Assembly: GCA_964410735.1 (NCBI GenBank)
Contig: CAYPIF010000027.1
Span: 484 to 64,483 of the forward strand
Source: an uncultured Thermoplasmatales archaeon
Lineage (GTDB): Archaea; Thermoplasmatota; E2; DHVEG-1
DNA length: 64,000 nt
Direction of reading: 5' to 3'
Shown piece by piece: positions 37,114 to 47,198 of the stretch. How positions within the stretch are numbered: the stretch's first letter is position 1; each line of letters begins with the position of its first letter. The notes beneath the pieces are model-generated. The model had not been told where the DNA came from, did not search any database, and worked only from the letters and a program-made list of their open reading frames with translations. The position numbers and the translations under genes were made by a program.

Positions 37114-39060
37114 TTAAGTATTTATGATGGTGATGGTCTTTTTTGTTAACAAAGGAGTATCTGGATTTGGTGTTAAAACAAGAAGAGTACCTCTTGTAGA
37201 TATTATGCTTTCCTTTAGGATGGAGGGTGCTTTAAAAGAGACATCTGAACCGATTCTTATCTGAGGTGGCCTCAATGGCACTAGAAATATACTCAAGATA
37301 AATGATGGTGTCGGTGTGTGTATCTGAACTGAGAACTCTGTGAGCTCTGAAGTGGCCTCTGGGTATATAATGTTCATATCTGTTTGATTCGTTTCTTGTT
37401 CTAAACTTATAAAAAAATAATCACTTGTTATCATTGCCCCTGCGGTAACCTGTAACTTTAAGAGATATGTGCCTGAGGCGTATTTTGAAACATCTATAGT
37501 GCCTAGGTGGCCTTGTAATCCATCTGATAAAGTGGTTTGTATCTGATCCCATTCTGTGTTCTGATCGATTGGACGTATAAGATATTGATAGGAGGTAACA
37601 CTAGTTCCTTGAACGGTACCATTGATTATTAATTCATTTGAATTTGTGGTGTTAATGGTATGTATCCAAGCAACAGGTGGTGTTTCAGTTATCTCTACAT
37701 AGGACTCTGTATCAAGATAACCATATCCTTGTGTTACTAAATCGTATCCAAAAGAAGTTGTTTGTTTTCGTAGTGCCATAATAACCTCTAACGGTGTCCA
37801 TTCAGGATGTTGTTCAAGAATTCTTGCACAGTACCCGGCAACATAGGGTGTTGCCATACTTGTGCCACTTAAGATCTTGTATGTTCCACTAGGCCAAGTA
37901 CTGTTGATCTGTACGCCTGGAGCAAGTACATCAGGTTTCACACGGTCGTATGAGTAACTTCCCCTTGAGCTGAACGATGCGATAGTATGGTCCTCTGTTG
38001 CTGCACCAACTGCTATCACATATTCACCGATACCTGGTGAACTTATCGAGGCTTCCTCAGGGCCACTGTTCCCAGCTGCTGCTACGACAACGATACCTGA
38101 TTTAACTGCGTTATTGGCAGCTTGGCTCAAAAGATCTTCACTTGAACCTTCGGTGTCTCCTGCGCTAATAGAGATAATATCGACCTTATCTGAGGGATCG
38201 CCATCTTGGTTTGGGTCAAGGGCGTATTCAAAGGCTTGAAGAAATGATGATATCGATCCAACTCCTTGTTCATCCATGACCTTATAACTGTAGAATTTTG
38301 CATCTGGGGCAATACCCCCGTTCCATTCGTTTGTATCTATTGCCCGTCCAATGGCTATCCCTGCAACATGCGTTCCATGACCATGGTCATCAAAAGGATT
38401 GTAATCATCATTGACAAAATCATATCCGCCTAGATAATTATCTTTTAAGGCTGGATGTGTATAATCAACACCGGTGTCAAAGATAGCGATAGTGACATTT
38501 TTTCCTGTGATATCTTGATAAACTGCTGATGTATATACTTCATTTTCTAAGGGATCGCCTTGGGGCTCTGTTGATTGAATATTGACTCTGTTCTCATCCT
38601 CTATGATCTTTCTTATTCCAGGTATCTGTTGCAAACTGGCAATTGTTGAGGGATGTGATGTTTCAATGATGCATCCATTTAGAAACCATGTTAACATGGA
38701 GTTTATCCTAAATGTGGTATCAGAGACTGTTGATGTAACTATCCTTTGTATGATCTCATTGTGAAAATCAGTGATATTGGTGAAAAAATCCTTTAAATGG
38801 TCTGCCATCTGTGTCTGCAGAAACACATCATCTTTCTCAGTTCTATACTGTGCATCTGTAATCATCTCAATCAAAGATGGTCTGTAAAAAAGAATGATAT
38901 AACGTTGTGGGCTACCGGTCTGATGATTTTCTATAGCATTTACAACCGTTATCTCTGAGAATAATATGATAAAAGTGAGAGAAAGACCTAATACAATTTT
39001 TCGATTTTTCCGTATAGGTCTAAAGAAAATGGGCCTGTTGTGCAAAGAGGTCATTATCAT
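37114..39060 (-). CDS. Subtilisin-like serine protease (peptidase S8) with an N-terminal membrane anchor and a C-terminal beta-rich domain.
   Basis: Catalytic triad contexts AIFDTGVDYTHPAL (Asp), HGTHVAGIA (His) and GTSMATPYVAG (Ser), plus an N-terminal TM (IVLGLSLTFIILFSEITVV). Confidence 0.85.
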   Translation of the reverse strand: MIMTSLHNRPIFFRPIRKNRKIVLGLSLTFIILFSEITVVNAIENHQTGSPQRYIILFYRPSLIEMITDAQYRTEKDDVFLQTQMADHLKDFFTNITDFHNEIIQRIVTSTVSDTTFRINSMLTWFLNGCIIETSHPSTIASLQQIPGIRKIIEDENRVNIQSTEPQGDPLENEVYTSAVYQDITGKNVTIAIFDTGVDYTHPALKDNYLGGYDFVNDDYNPFDDHGHGTHVAGIAIGRAIDTNEWNGGIAPDAKFYSYKVMDEQGVGSISSFLQAFEYALDPNQDGDPSDKVDIISISAGDTEGSSEDLLSQAANNAVKSGIVVVAAAGNSGPEEASISSPGIGEYVIAVGAATEDHTIASFSSRGSYSYDRVKPDVLAPGVQINSTWPSGTYKILSGTSMATPYVAGYCARILEQHPEWTPLEVIMALRKQTTSFGYDLVTQGYGYLDTESYVEITETPPVAWIHTINTTNSNELIINGTVQGTSVTSYQYLIRPIDQNTEWDQIQTTLSDGLQGHLGTIDVSKYASGTYLLKLQVTAGAMITSDYFFISLEQETNQTDMNIIYPEATSELTEFSVQIHTPTPSFILSIFLVPLRPPQIRIGSDVSFKAPSILKESIISTRGTLLVLTPNPDTPLLTKKTITIINT

Positions 39061-39082
39061 TATTTCTTGCTATTTCTTCTTA

Positions 39083-40024
39083 TTAATCTTGTGTAACGAT
39101 TCTTTCCTTTTGTTTTGAACTTGAAAGTAAAGTCACCCGTGAATCCTCTTTTTCGTTTGTAAGAGTATATCCGATTTCATTTCCCAGTGCTTTACTAAAG
39201 GTCTTAATCGATTCATGAGAGGGCATATTCGATAAGGTGAAATGTTTTCGAGCGGAACCAACAAGAACAAATCCTTTTGGTTCAACGAAATCGGGAGATC
39301 CAATACTATCTAATTGAGCATATTGTGATATATCATCTGGTCCCATATTCCATCCTTCGATCAAAGTATGTCTAATCACCGTTCGCGTATCTAAACTAGG
39401 GAGGAGTTTAAGGGTCTCCATTATCCGTTCCCATCCATCGGGTATAAGGGGGTTACAGATTTTTTTGTATGCTTGTTTATTTGGAGCAACAATGGAAACA
39501 TAGAGTTGAGTAGGCAAAGGATCAAGATTTTTGAGAACATCCGGGTTTGTCCCATTCGTGACCAGAAATGTGGTCATGTTCTTCTTATGGCAAGCAGCAA
39601 AAAATTCACCAAGATGTGGATACAATGTCGGCTCACCAGATAAAGAACAAGCAACCATATTAGGGTCTTGGGCTTCCTCCCATTTCTTTAGGTCACAACG
39701 GGGGTCACCTTTGAAACCTGTTAGTAAACGTCTCTGTGCATTTATGGACTCTTCAAGAATGAATTCAGGGCCATCTGCTTTGTTGATTTCTTTCTCGGTG
39801 AAACCCTGATATCTCCAGCAAAAAAGACAGGTGTGGGTGCATTGGTTCACCGCAGGGGTCATTTGAAGACACCGATGGGATTGTATACCATAGAACTCTT
39901 GTTTATAACAATGTCTTTTATGAAGTAGACTTTGTTTGGTCCAATGACAGAGTTTAACTGCTGAATGATCTCCAACGATTCCATATCGTTGTTTCTCCAA
40001 TCTTTTACGAAGTTTATCGTTCAT
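39083..40024 (-). CDS. taw1: tRNA 4-demethylwyosine synthase (radical SAM, TYW1/Taw1).
   Basis: Radical-SAM cluster CTHTCLFCWR with the upstream Cys pair HCYK..HRCLQMTP. The size and motifs match archaeal Taw1. Confidence 0.75.
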   Translation of the reverse strand: MNDKLRKRLEKQRYGIVGDHSAVKLCHWTKQSLLHKRHCYKQEFYGIQSHRCLQMTPAVNQCTHTCLFCWRYQGFTEKEINKADGPEFILEESINAQRRLLTGFKGDPRCDLKKWEEAQDPNMVACSLSGEPTLYPHLGEFFAACHKKNMTTFLVTNGTNPDVLKNLDPLPTQLYVSIVAPNKQAYKKICNPLIPDGWERIMETLKLLPSLDTRTVIRHTLIEGWNMGPDDISQYAQLDSIGSPDFVEPKGFVLVGSARKHFTLSNMPSHESIKTFSKALGNEIGYTLTNEKEDSRVTLLSSSKQKERIVTQD

Positions 40025-40204
40025 ACTCGTACACCTGTGTGTTGCAATAGAATGGTGAAGTATACTTTAGTTTTAAAAGTAACCCTCGAACATTTTAAAT
40101 ACAATGTAAATATAAATTGCTTAATAATAAATTATTTATACCTTTCAGGAGTATACATGATACAAAGATTTGGCCATAAATAATAATGATTTGAGGTTGT
40201 TTTT

Positions 40205-43200
40205 ATGAATCACAGATATACAGTAAAAAAGGTTCTTTTTACATTCGCAGTTCTCTTTTCAATGATTATTGCATCGGTGGTCCCCTCAGCAATAGCAGAC
40301 CTTGATGCAATTCAGCATCCAGGATTCGATAAAGGTGTTTCTTGGAAACCATTTATTCCAATGAAGAAAACAACCTTTGTGGGGTATGATACAGAAACAC
40401 TCATAGATGATTATGCGTATCTTGCATCAATCCCCGCATCTGTATTTTATGATAGGGACACGGATAAACTTTTTACAAGCCCTTTACTCTTTTACCAGGA
40501 TGAACAGCTATCTGATGAAATAAAAGATCGATCATTGAACGGATGGCAAGGTATCGATTATTTTATGGAAGATTGGATGTCCTATTCAAAAGGAAGCCTT
40601 GATCAACTTTCTTTGATCAATGTACAACCTGCCCAGCTTGAAACTGATTGGGATGCGGAGGAAATTGTACAGATAAATGGTGATGATCCCTATACCCTTG
40701 CAAGTAATATCGCACTTCAAAACTGGGAGTATGCGGATGAAGCAGTCGTTGCGGTCATTCAAGATGAATTTGAAAAACCTGATAATATGACCACTGGAAC
40801 TTTGACTGGGTCCATTTCACCCGGTGATGGTTTGAGGACCGAGCATTTTGAGGTACCTCAAACAAATGAGGTTTATCCAATCTACAATGATTTCACTGTG
40901 CCTGAAGGTTATAAGTTCTTGAAGGTGCGATCATGGTATCCTTGTTTCTATTTCGAAGCAGGTGTACCAGGTTTTGAAGGTATAATCAATATGTCCATCC
41001 CTGCAGGTGATCGAGATATCCAGGTCTACTGTGAAGAAGATGGTCAATGGATGATGGCTGCTATCACCAGTGAATGGAATGCACAAAGTGGGATGGATGT
41101 TGATAAGACGTCTGTCTATGTTTATAAAAGCGGCCGGTGGAGTGTTGCGCTGACTGATGTTCCAACTAAATCAGATGATTTCTATCCAACATCATATACT
41201 CCGGGAACTGATATGGAGCCGACAGATCTAGATGTAGAAAAACACCGTAGTTTTTTAACCTTGAACTGGGGTCGGTATGGCAGTATGTTTGAGGTTTTGA
41301 AGAATATGAAGGATGTAATGTATCAGGTTGATGTGGAGATGTACCCTGGTGTAGAGATACAAATACCTGAAACCCCACCATATGGCTGTCGAAATTTTCA
41401 GGCAACCCTTACGTGGGATAACCAAGATGTAGATCTAGGTTTTTCACTGATCGGGCCGTCTGGCGAAGAGGTATTATCTACCCGTGAACCCGGTGTCTCC
41501 AGCACCATTGACGCGTCTATCTATGATGAAGGTATTCCCTTACCACCAGGTACGGAAACAGATCTTCAGGTGAACCAACTTGGACAGTGTCTTGATGGTG
41601 AGCATTATTCTCTCTGCGTTTTTACTATGAATGAGATCAATGACCCTGTTGATTTCAGTTTAGAATACTCATGGGAACAAAATTTTTCTGATGAGGAAGG
41701 TGCTTCAATAGCATCAGCGACGGAAGCAGCAATACTTGCTTCAGAGAAAAATGAACCTCTTCTCTATATTTCGTCTGACACGATACCTTCAGTGACCATG
41801 GATGCCCTTTACAAAATGGGTGTTAACAAGATCATAATCATTGATATCGATAATCATCTCTTGGCAACTGCTAGAGATGAATTAAAAAAGGATTTCTCGG
41901 TTTCAGGTCACTTTGTTACCTATGATCAGATCTATGAGGCCATTCGAGATATATCTGATAGTAATGATATCATTTTCTCAACAATTGATCCCTGGACCTC
42001 ATGGTATGTTGCGGAATTACAACCAGATGAAGAGCTTCAAGGTGCTCGGTCCTTTGGTCCTGCAGCGTTTATTGCTGCTCATCATGGATCCCCTGTTTTA
42101 CTTGTTGATAATCATCCTGAACTGTCCAGTGCTGTTGTATGGCATACGGAGCTTTGGAGACGTCATCCAGATGGCCATTCGAAATTACCTACGGTTAGTG
42201 AAATGTATCTTACTGGTTCCCGAGTCATTAACTTTTTGAAACAAAAAGGATTTGATGAAGAAGGGGAGGAAACAATCATGACCGTGGCAGGGCAATTTGA
42301 TATTGGTTTCCCCTGGGACCGGGTATTTGTTGGAAAAGGGAACCCTGGTCGATTCTTTGGTTCCCCTGTTGATCTAGCGGTTTGGATGTCAAAGGATATC
42401 TTTTACCCTATGATCGTTTTTGAAAACCCTGCGTTGTCTAATCCTTCTGGTGTATCCGTTATCAATGGTAGTAGCAGTACCCGTCGCTTTCCCTGGAGGA
42501 GCTCTTTAGGTTTGAAGATAACTAAACCATCTGAAGAAGTAACAATGAAATATCCTGTTTTAGACACACTTGTTTGTTATGATATAAAATTCAATAGTCG
42601 TGCAAGTGATTACTGGGGTTTCGTGTATAAATGTGCTGATGGAACGATACCTGGTGTTTCTCCATCGCTTGAACCTATCGATGAGGGCGTGATGCTTGCA
42701 GTAAATGGGCAGCCTGGTGGGTTCATTCCAGATCTCAGTGGTGCTGAGGTACAGCCGTTCTATCTTGAGCGGGGTGGATATAGCCCGGTCTTTTCAACAA
42801 ATTTTGATGCGAATATGTATAACCTTAACCAGGGTGTATTATTGTGGATGGTCAATACCCATGGTGCACCTCTTGATGGTGGTATGTTCATGTTCTGGGA
42901 TGTGAACTGGGAGAATCCTACACATCTTGGATATCCACCGATACCATTGGCAGCATATAATAAGGAGACTAACCCATGGCGTGGCTATGAATGGTTGATG
43001 GGTTCAACAGAGGAACCTGACACTATGACCATGGAGGTACATGGTGTGCTCCCGGCTCTTCTTGGGAATCCTGATTCTAATGGTGTTCGATTCATGAAGA
43101 CCGGTGTGGATTGGGCTCTTGCAAAAAGACCTATCCGTGATATTCTGGGTACTATCGCAAGTCTACCACTTCTAAATATCGTGTTTCCTGAATGGTTCCA

Positions 43201-43846
43201 GAACACTCAGGATTATTATGATGGTATCATTATCACTGTTTTGCTTGGACGGTTTGGTACCTCTTGGTATAATGGTACGCAGGTAGATGATGCATTAGGC
43301 AATATCCATTCAGCAGGTATCAGTAGCGTTGCTTGTCTGCCTGCAGGAAAATATCTTCAACTCACTCTGATGCGGCATGGTTCTCCCTTCCAGATCATGG
43401 ATCCTTGGGCAACATCTTGGTATTCAGATGTCTGGCAGAATGCGGTACCACGGGGAATAGCACTTGGCCAGACCATTGGGGAGATTTATGCTGAAGGGAT
43501 AAAGAAGGTTGGTATTCAATATGTCAGTGATACAAAGCCGAATTGGTGGTGGGATCTCGCTGAAAATGTCTGTTTGTATGGTGATCCTGATCTACGGGTC
43601 TGGGTTCCTGATACGACCTATAGTTCCAATAACCATTGGTCTGCTGAGGATATACAATCCCTTCGATATGATCCGTCAAAGGGATTATCCCTTGATGGGC
43701 ATACACCATTTGGTGCAACTGATTACCCACATGAAAAAGGGCCCTCAACGATATTGACACAATATGGTATTGTTATCATAGCGATCGTTCTGATCATTGT
43801 ATTGCTTATAGCAGCGATGTTCATAAACAGAGTAAAGGAACGCTAA
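40205..43846 (+). CDS. 1213-aa surface protein, a paralog of 4713..8405. It has CW_binding_2-like repeats plus a C25-like domain that apparently lacks the catalytic Cys, and a C-terminal TM anchor with a basic tail.
   Basis: Signal peptide (FTFAVLFSMIIASVVPSAIA) and a Shine-Dalgarno-like tgaggt 9 nt upstream. Repeats such as EPLLYISSDTIPSVTMDALYKMGVNKIIIIDI and AAFIAAHHGSPVLLVDNHPELSS. His-Gly motif VNTHGAPLDGG. The region aligned to ...IWMSCTTAS of the paralog reads ...ITVLLGRFGTS. C-terminus: GPSTILTQYGIVIIAIVLIIVLLIAAMFINRVKER. Confidence 0.65.
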   Translation: MNHRYTVKKVLFTFAVLFSMIIASVVPSAIADLDAIQHPGFDKGVSWKPFIPMKKTTFVGYDTETLIDDYAYLASIPASVFYDRDTDKLFTSPLLFYQDEQLSDEIKDRSLNGWQGIDYFMEDWMSYSKGSLDQLSLINVQPAQLETDWDAEEIVQINGDDPYTLASNIALQNWEYADEAVVAVIQDEFEKPDNMTTGTLTGSISPGDGLRTEHFEVPQTNEVYPIYNDFTVPEGYKFLKVRSWYPCFYFEAGVPGFEGIINMSIPAGDRDIQVYCEEDGQWMMAAITSEWNAQSGMDVDKTSVYVYKSGRWSVALTDVPTKSDDFYPTSYTPGTDMEPTDLDVEKHRSFLTLNWGRYGSMFEVLKNMKDVMYQVDVEMYPGVEIQIPETPPYGCRNFQATLTWDNQDVDLGFSLIGPSGEEVLSTREPGVSSTIDASIYDEGIPLPPGTETDLQVNQLGQCLDGEHYSLCVFTMNEINDPVDFSLEYSWEQNFSDEEGASIASATEAAILASEKNEPLLYISSDTIPSVTMDALYKMGVNKIIIIDIDNHLLATARDELKKDFSVSGHFVTYDQIYEAIRDISDSNDIIFSTIDPWTSWYVAELQPDEELQGARSFGPAAFIAAHHGSPVLLVDNHPELSSAVVWHTELWRRHPDGHSKLPTVSEMYLTGSRVINFLKQKGFDEEGEETIMTVAGQFDIGFPWDRVFVGKGNPGRFFGSPVDLAVWMSKDIFYPMIVFENPALSNPSGVSVINGSSSTRRFPWRSSLGLKITKPSEEVTMKYPVLDTLVCYDIKFNSRASDYWGFVYKCADGTIPGVSPSLEPIDEGVMLAVNGQPGGFIPDLSGAEVQPFYLERGGYSPVFSTNFDANMYNLNQGVLLWMVNTHGAPLDGGMFMFWDVNWENPTHLGYPPIPLAAYNKETNPWRGYEWLMGSTEEPDTMTMEVHGVLPALLGNPDSNGVRFMKTGVDWALAKRPIRDILGTIASLPLLNIVFPEWFQNTQDYYDGIIITVLLGRFGTSWYNGTQVDDALGNIHSAGISSVACLPAGKYLQLTLMRHGSPFQIMDPWATSWYSDVWQNAVPRGIALGQTIGEIYAEGIKKVGIQYVSDTKPNWWWDLAENVCLYGDPDLRVWVPDTTYSSNNHWSAEDIQSLRYDPSKGLSLDGHTPFGATDYPHEKGPSTILTQYGIVIIAIVLIIVLLIAAMFINRVKER

Positions 43847-43877
43847 GGTAATAGATACTTTTTCCTTTTTTTCTTCT

Positions 43878-44672
43878 TTACGTACTAAAGGTTGGAATGC
43901 TGTATCTTTTGCATACACTTTCGATTTTATTGTTTGCAATATCTAGATATTCTTTGAGTGGATAATATCGATTGTGATATAATTTCTCATATTTTTTAAT
44001 AAGATTTGAATCTACCTCGTTGAGTAAGGATAGCATGATGTCTTTTTGGTCTCCTTTTAGTTCCAAGTGTTTATATATAATATGGTCGACCTGTGAGTTG
44101 TATGCTTTTTCAATGAGGTCTTCAACATTCTTTTCTGTGATATATGGGAGAATGGGTATGAGGGCCATGCCTACATTTATGTTATTATTTTTTAGTTCTC
44201 GGATTGTTTGAAATCGTTTTTCAGGGGATGGAACATTTTTTTCAAATATGTTTGAGATATGCTCATCCGTGGTAATGATAGTGAATGTGACCAGTACATC
44301 CTTCAAAGATCTTAAGATATCAAGGTCCCTGAGGATAAATGGTGATTTTGTTAAGATGTGTACCGGTAGGTTATACTCATTGATGATCTGCAGTATCTCC
44401 CGAGTAAGCTGCGTTCTTTCTTCTATTGGTTGGTACGGATCATGGACTGAACCAATGATGATACGTCCTTTTACGATATCCTGTAGTTCCTTTTTGAGGA
44501 GTTCAACAGCGTTTGTCTTAATGAAAACGGTCTTTTCATATGATGAATCGCAATAGCTACATCCAAATTCACAGTTCTGATATGGATCAAGGGTATATTC
44601 TCCGCCAAATAACTTATCAGTGAACGTGATTTTCTTTAATAAACTCTGAACGTGAATATGTTTGTAGTCCAT
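43878..44672 (-). CDS. Radical SAM domain protein (SPL/DNA-photolyase-like Elp3 fold).
   Basis: A CxxxCxxC motif (CEFGCSYC) near the N-terminus. It is co-directional with argS at a 2-nt spacing. Confidence 0.55.
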   Translation of the reverse strand: MDYKHIHVQSLLKKITFTDKLFGGEYTLDPYQNCEFGCSYCDSSYEKTVFIKTNAVELLKKELQDIVKGRIIIGSVHDPYQPIEERTQLTREILQIINEYNLPVHILTKSPFILRDLDILRSLKDVLVTFTIITTDEHISNIFEKNVPSPEKRFQTIRELKNNNINVGMALIPILPYITEKNVEDLIEKAYNSQVDHIIYKHLELKGDQKDIMLSLLNEVDSNLIKKYEKLYHNRYYPLKEYLDIANNKIESVCKRYSIPTFST

Positions 44673-44674
44673 AG

Positions 44675-46414
44675 TTACATTTCCTCTAAGGCATCAATAC
44701 CTAATAGATCCAATCCATTTTTGAGAACTTGTTTTGTTGCTGCGACCAGCCCAAGACGGGCATTCTTTTTCTCTTCATCTTGCTCAATGATCACGGGACA
44801 GTCCCGGTAGAATTGGTTGAACAATGACGCGGTCTCAAACACATAAGCGGCAATAAGATGCGGTCTGAAATCAGATGTTGCATCATTGATGGCGATGGGG
44901 AATTGAGCCAGTTTTTTGACCAATTGTATCTCTGAGGGATGCTCTAATGAACCATATTGTTGTTTTACATAGTCGTTTTTTTTGGCTGTAACCTTTTTAA
45001 GGATACCCGAAGCGCGAGCATGAGCATATTGGATGAACGGTGCAGCATTTCCTTCAAAGTTCAATGCATCCGCCCATGTAAACACCATATCTTTCTCTGG
45101 TTGGACCTTAATAATGTTATATCGAATGGCGCCTGATCCGATTACTTGAGCAATGGATCTCATCTCGGATTCAGAGAACTCAGACCCACGTCGTTTCTTC
45201 ACTTCTTCATAGGCCCGTTCAACACATTCATCGATGAGGTCATCGAGATAAACGACCCGGCCTCTCCGAGTGGACATCTTACCTTCAGGGAGAGATACAA
45301 ATGAGTAAAACACTGGTTGAGGCATTGTTGTTAACTTGAGGAGTTTCAATCCTATTTCAACCTGTTTTGACTCAAGTTTATGATCTTCACCTAATATATT
45401 TATGAGAAGATCTGCTTGGGTGGCTTTCCATGCATGATACGCAATGTCTCTAGTAGCATAAAGCGAGGTACCATCACTTCGAGTAATGAAGAATTTTGTG
45501 TTCCTTCCGTGTATGTCAAATGGTTCAAGGTCAAGGTAAAAAGCATTATCCTCTTCATGGCAATATGGTGTTTTTTTCAATTGGGTTATGACATTTTCCA
45601 CGGATTTATCTTGAACAAAGGTTGATTCAGGGATATACCGGTCAATGGTGATATTGATAATTGAAAGGCTTTTGTTCATGCCTTTTAACACGGGTTCATA
45701 CGCCTGTTTGATGTATGCTATTGTTTCTTTATCACCATGTTCACTTTTTTTAACGATTGAATTGATATCTTGTTCTACAGATTCATCCTTGGTCATCAGT
45801 TCATTTGCTTTTTGATAGTAGCCAACAGCTTGATGATCAGGTTTAGAGACGTTTGATTTTGGCACATCATTCTCTTTTAAATTTATGAGGCCCCAGCTGA
45901 GTATTGCCACCTGTTTTCCAAGGTCGTCTAGATAGAATTGTGATTCACAGTTGTAGCCTGCTGCTTTGAACATCCGAACGATGGTATCCCCTATGATCGG
46001 GTTTCGTGCTCTGCCAACATGTAATGGCCCATTTGGATTTGCTGATGTATGCTCAACAATGACCTTTTTATTTTTTTTATCAAGCTGTCCATAACCTTCC
46101 TTTTTTGATAGGATCAATGGTACGGTTTCTTCAATTATCTGACGTTCATCAATGGTAAAGTTGATGTAACCTCCTTGAACATTAATGGATTTAATCGAGG
46201 GGTCCTTTGTGAGTGTATCAGCGATTAACTTTGCTGTCTCATTAGGGGATTTTTTACTAAGTTTACAAAAGGAAAAACAGGGAAATGAGAAATCCCCCAA
46301 TGTGGGGTCTGGTGGTATTTCGATTTTAATGTCGGTTGGAAATGATAATGTTTCAAGAGCTGATTGTATGTTCTTAAGGATTGTATCCTGGATCTTGAAA
46401 TAGATATAATTCAT
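44675..46414 (-). CDS. argS: Arginine-tRNA ligase.
   Basis: HIGH-class motif PNGPLHVGRARNPIIGD, an anticodon-binding DALR-like C-terminus, and the KMSKS variant MSTRRG. Confidence 0.85.
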   Translation of the reverse strand: MNYIYFKIQDTILKNIQSALETLSFPTDIKIEIPPDPTLGDFSFPCFSFCKLSKKSPNETAKLIADTLTKDPSIKSINVQGGYINFTIDERQIIEETVPLILSKKEGYGQLDKKNKKVIVEHTSANPNGPLHVGRARNPIIGDTIVRMFKAAGYNCESQFYLDDLGKQVAILSWGLINLKENDVPKSNVSKPDHQAVGYYQKANELMTKDESVEQDINSIVKKSEHGDKETIAYIKQAYEPVLKGMNKSLSIINITIDRYIPESTFVQDKSVENVITQLKKTPYCHEEDNAFYLDLEPFDIHGRNTKFFITRSDGTSLYATRDIAYHAWKATQADLLINILGEDHKLESKQVEIGLKLLKLTTMPQPVFYSFVSLPEGKMSTRRGRVVYLDDLIDECVERAYEEVKKRRGSEFSESEMRSIAQVIGSGAIRYNIIKVQPEKDMVFTWADALNFEGNAAPFIQYAHARASGILKKVTAKKNDYVKQQYGSLEHPSEIQLVKKLAQFPIAINDATSDFRPHLIAAYVFETASLFNQFYRDCPVIIEQDEEKKNARLGLVAATKQVLKNGLDLLGIDALEEM

Positions 46415-46579
46415 ATGGTGGTGAAATATCGATTTCCTTAAATCATTTTGGTCCGTTCAGTAAGTAGGTAATTATTTCCATCAAAATTTATTTAATATAC
46501 TTGTTTTTACCGTTGTTTACTTTGAAAATGGTTTTTTCTAGTAAAAAGAGTTATAAACACCATGTCTATTTCCCATTTC

Positions 46580-46601
46580 CTGTTTAATAAAAATTATATA
46601 A
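46580..46601 (+). promoter_or_regulatory. Putative BRE/TATA region for rpl10e, giving a leaderless or short-leader mRNA.
   Basis: tttaataaaaattatata lies 12-33 nt upstream of the ATG at 46613. No Shine-Dalgarno is present. Confidence 0.3.
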
Positions 46602-46612
46602 GGTTGTGAACA

Positions 46613-47113
46613 ATGGCACGAAAACCAGGCAGCATGTACCGCTATGTGAGAGGTCAACTGTCAACGCGGAAAGAATATATGGGTGGTATTCCCGCCTCTC
46701 GAATCACACAGTTTGTACTAGGTAACAAAAGAGGAACTTTTCCAGTTAAACTTTCCTTGATTGCTAATGAGCAATGTCAGGTACGTCATACTTCTTTGGA
46801 ATCTGCTCGTATTGCAGTGAACAGATATATGGAGAAGAAGGTTGGCGTAACGAATTATAAGATACGGATTAGGGTATATCCTCATGTGGTTTTACGAGAA
46901 AATAAACAGGCAACAGGTGCTGGTGCAGATCGTGTTTCACAAGGGATGCGTGCATCATTTGGGAAGATCGTAAGTACCGCTGCTCATGTGAGACCAAATC
47001 AAACCATCATTGAGGTTGAAACATCTCCTCAATTTATCAAACAAGCAAAGGAATCACTTCGCAAAGCAGGCATGAAGATACCTTCCCCTTGTCGTGTACT
47101 TATCAATGAATGA
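46613..47113 (+). CDS. rpl10e: 50S ribosomal protein L10e (uL16).
   Basis: MARKPGSMYRYVRG N-terminus and overall L10e/L16 conservation. Confidence 0.85.
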   Translation: MARKPGSMYRYVRGQLSTRKEYMGGIPASRITQFVLGNKRGTFPVKLSLIANEQCQVRHTSLESARIAVNRYMEKKVGVTNYKIRIRVYPHVVLRENKQATGAGADRVSQGMRASFGKIVSTAAHVRPNQTIIEVETSPQFIKQAKESLRKAGMKIPSPCRVLINE

Positions 47114-47198
47114 TTGGTCACACAATAAGTTCCTTTTATCTTTTTTACAATTTTTTTAGTATTTCCCTTGTTTTTACCTTGTTTAAAAGAGATACTAT

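Noticed and set aside
46594-46601. ttatataa immediately upstream of rpl10e, considered as the TATA box.
   Set aside because: It is only about 15 nt from the ATG, too close for a TATA at -26/-27. The adjacent upstream A/T block is more plausible, so the promoter call is kept broad and low-confidence.
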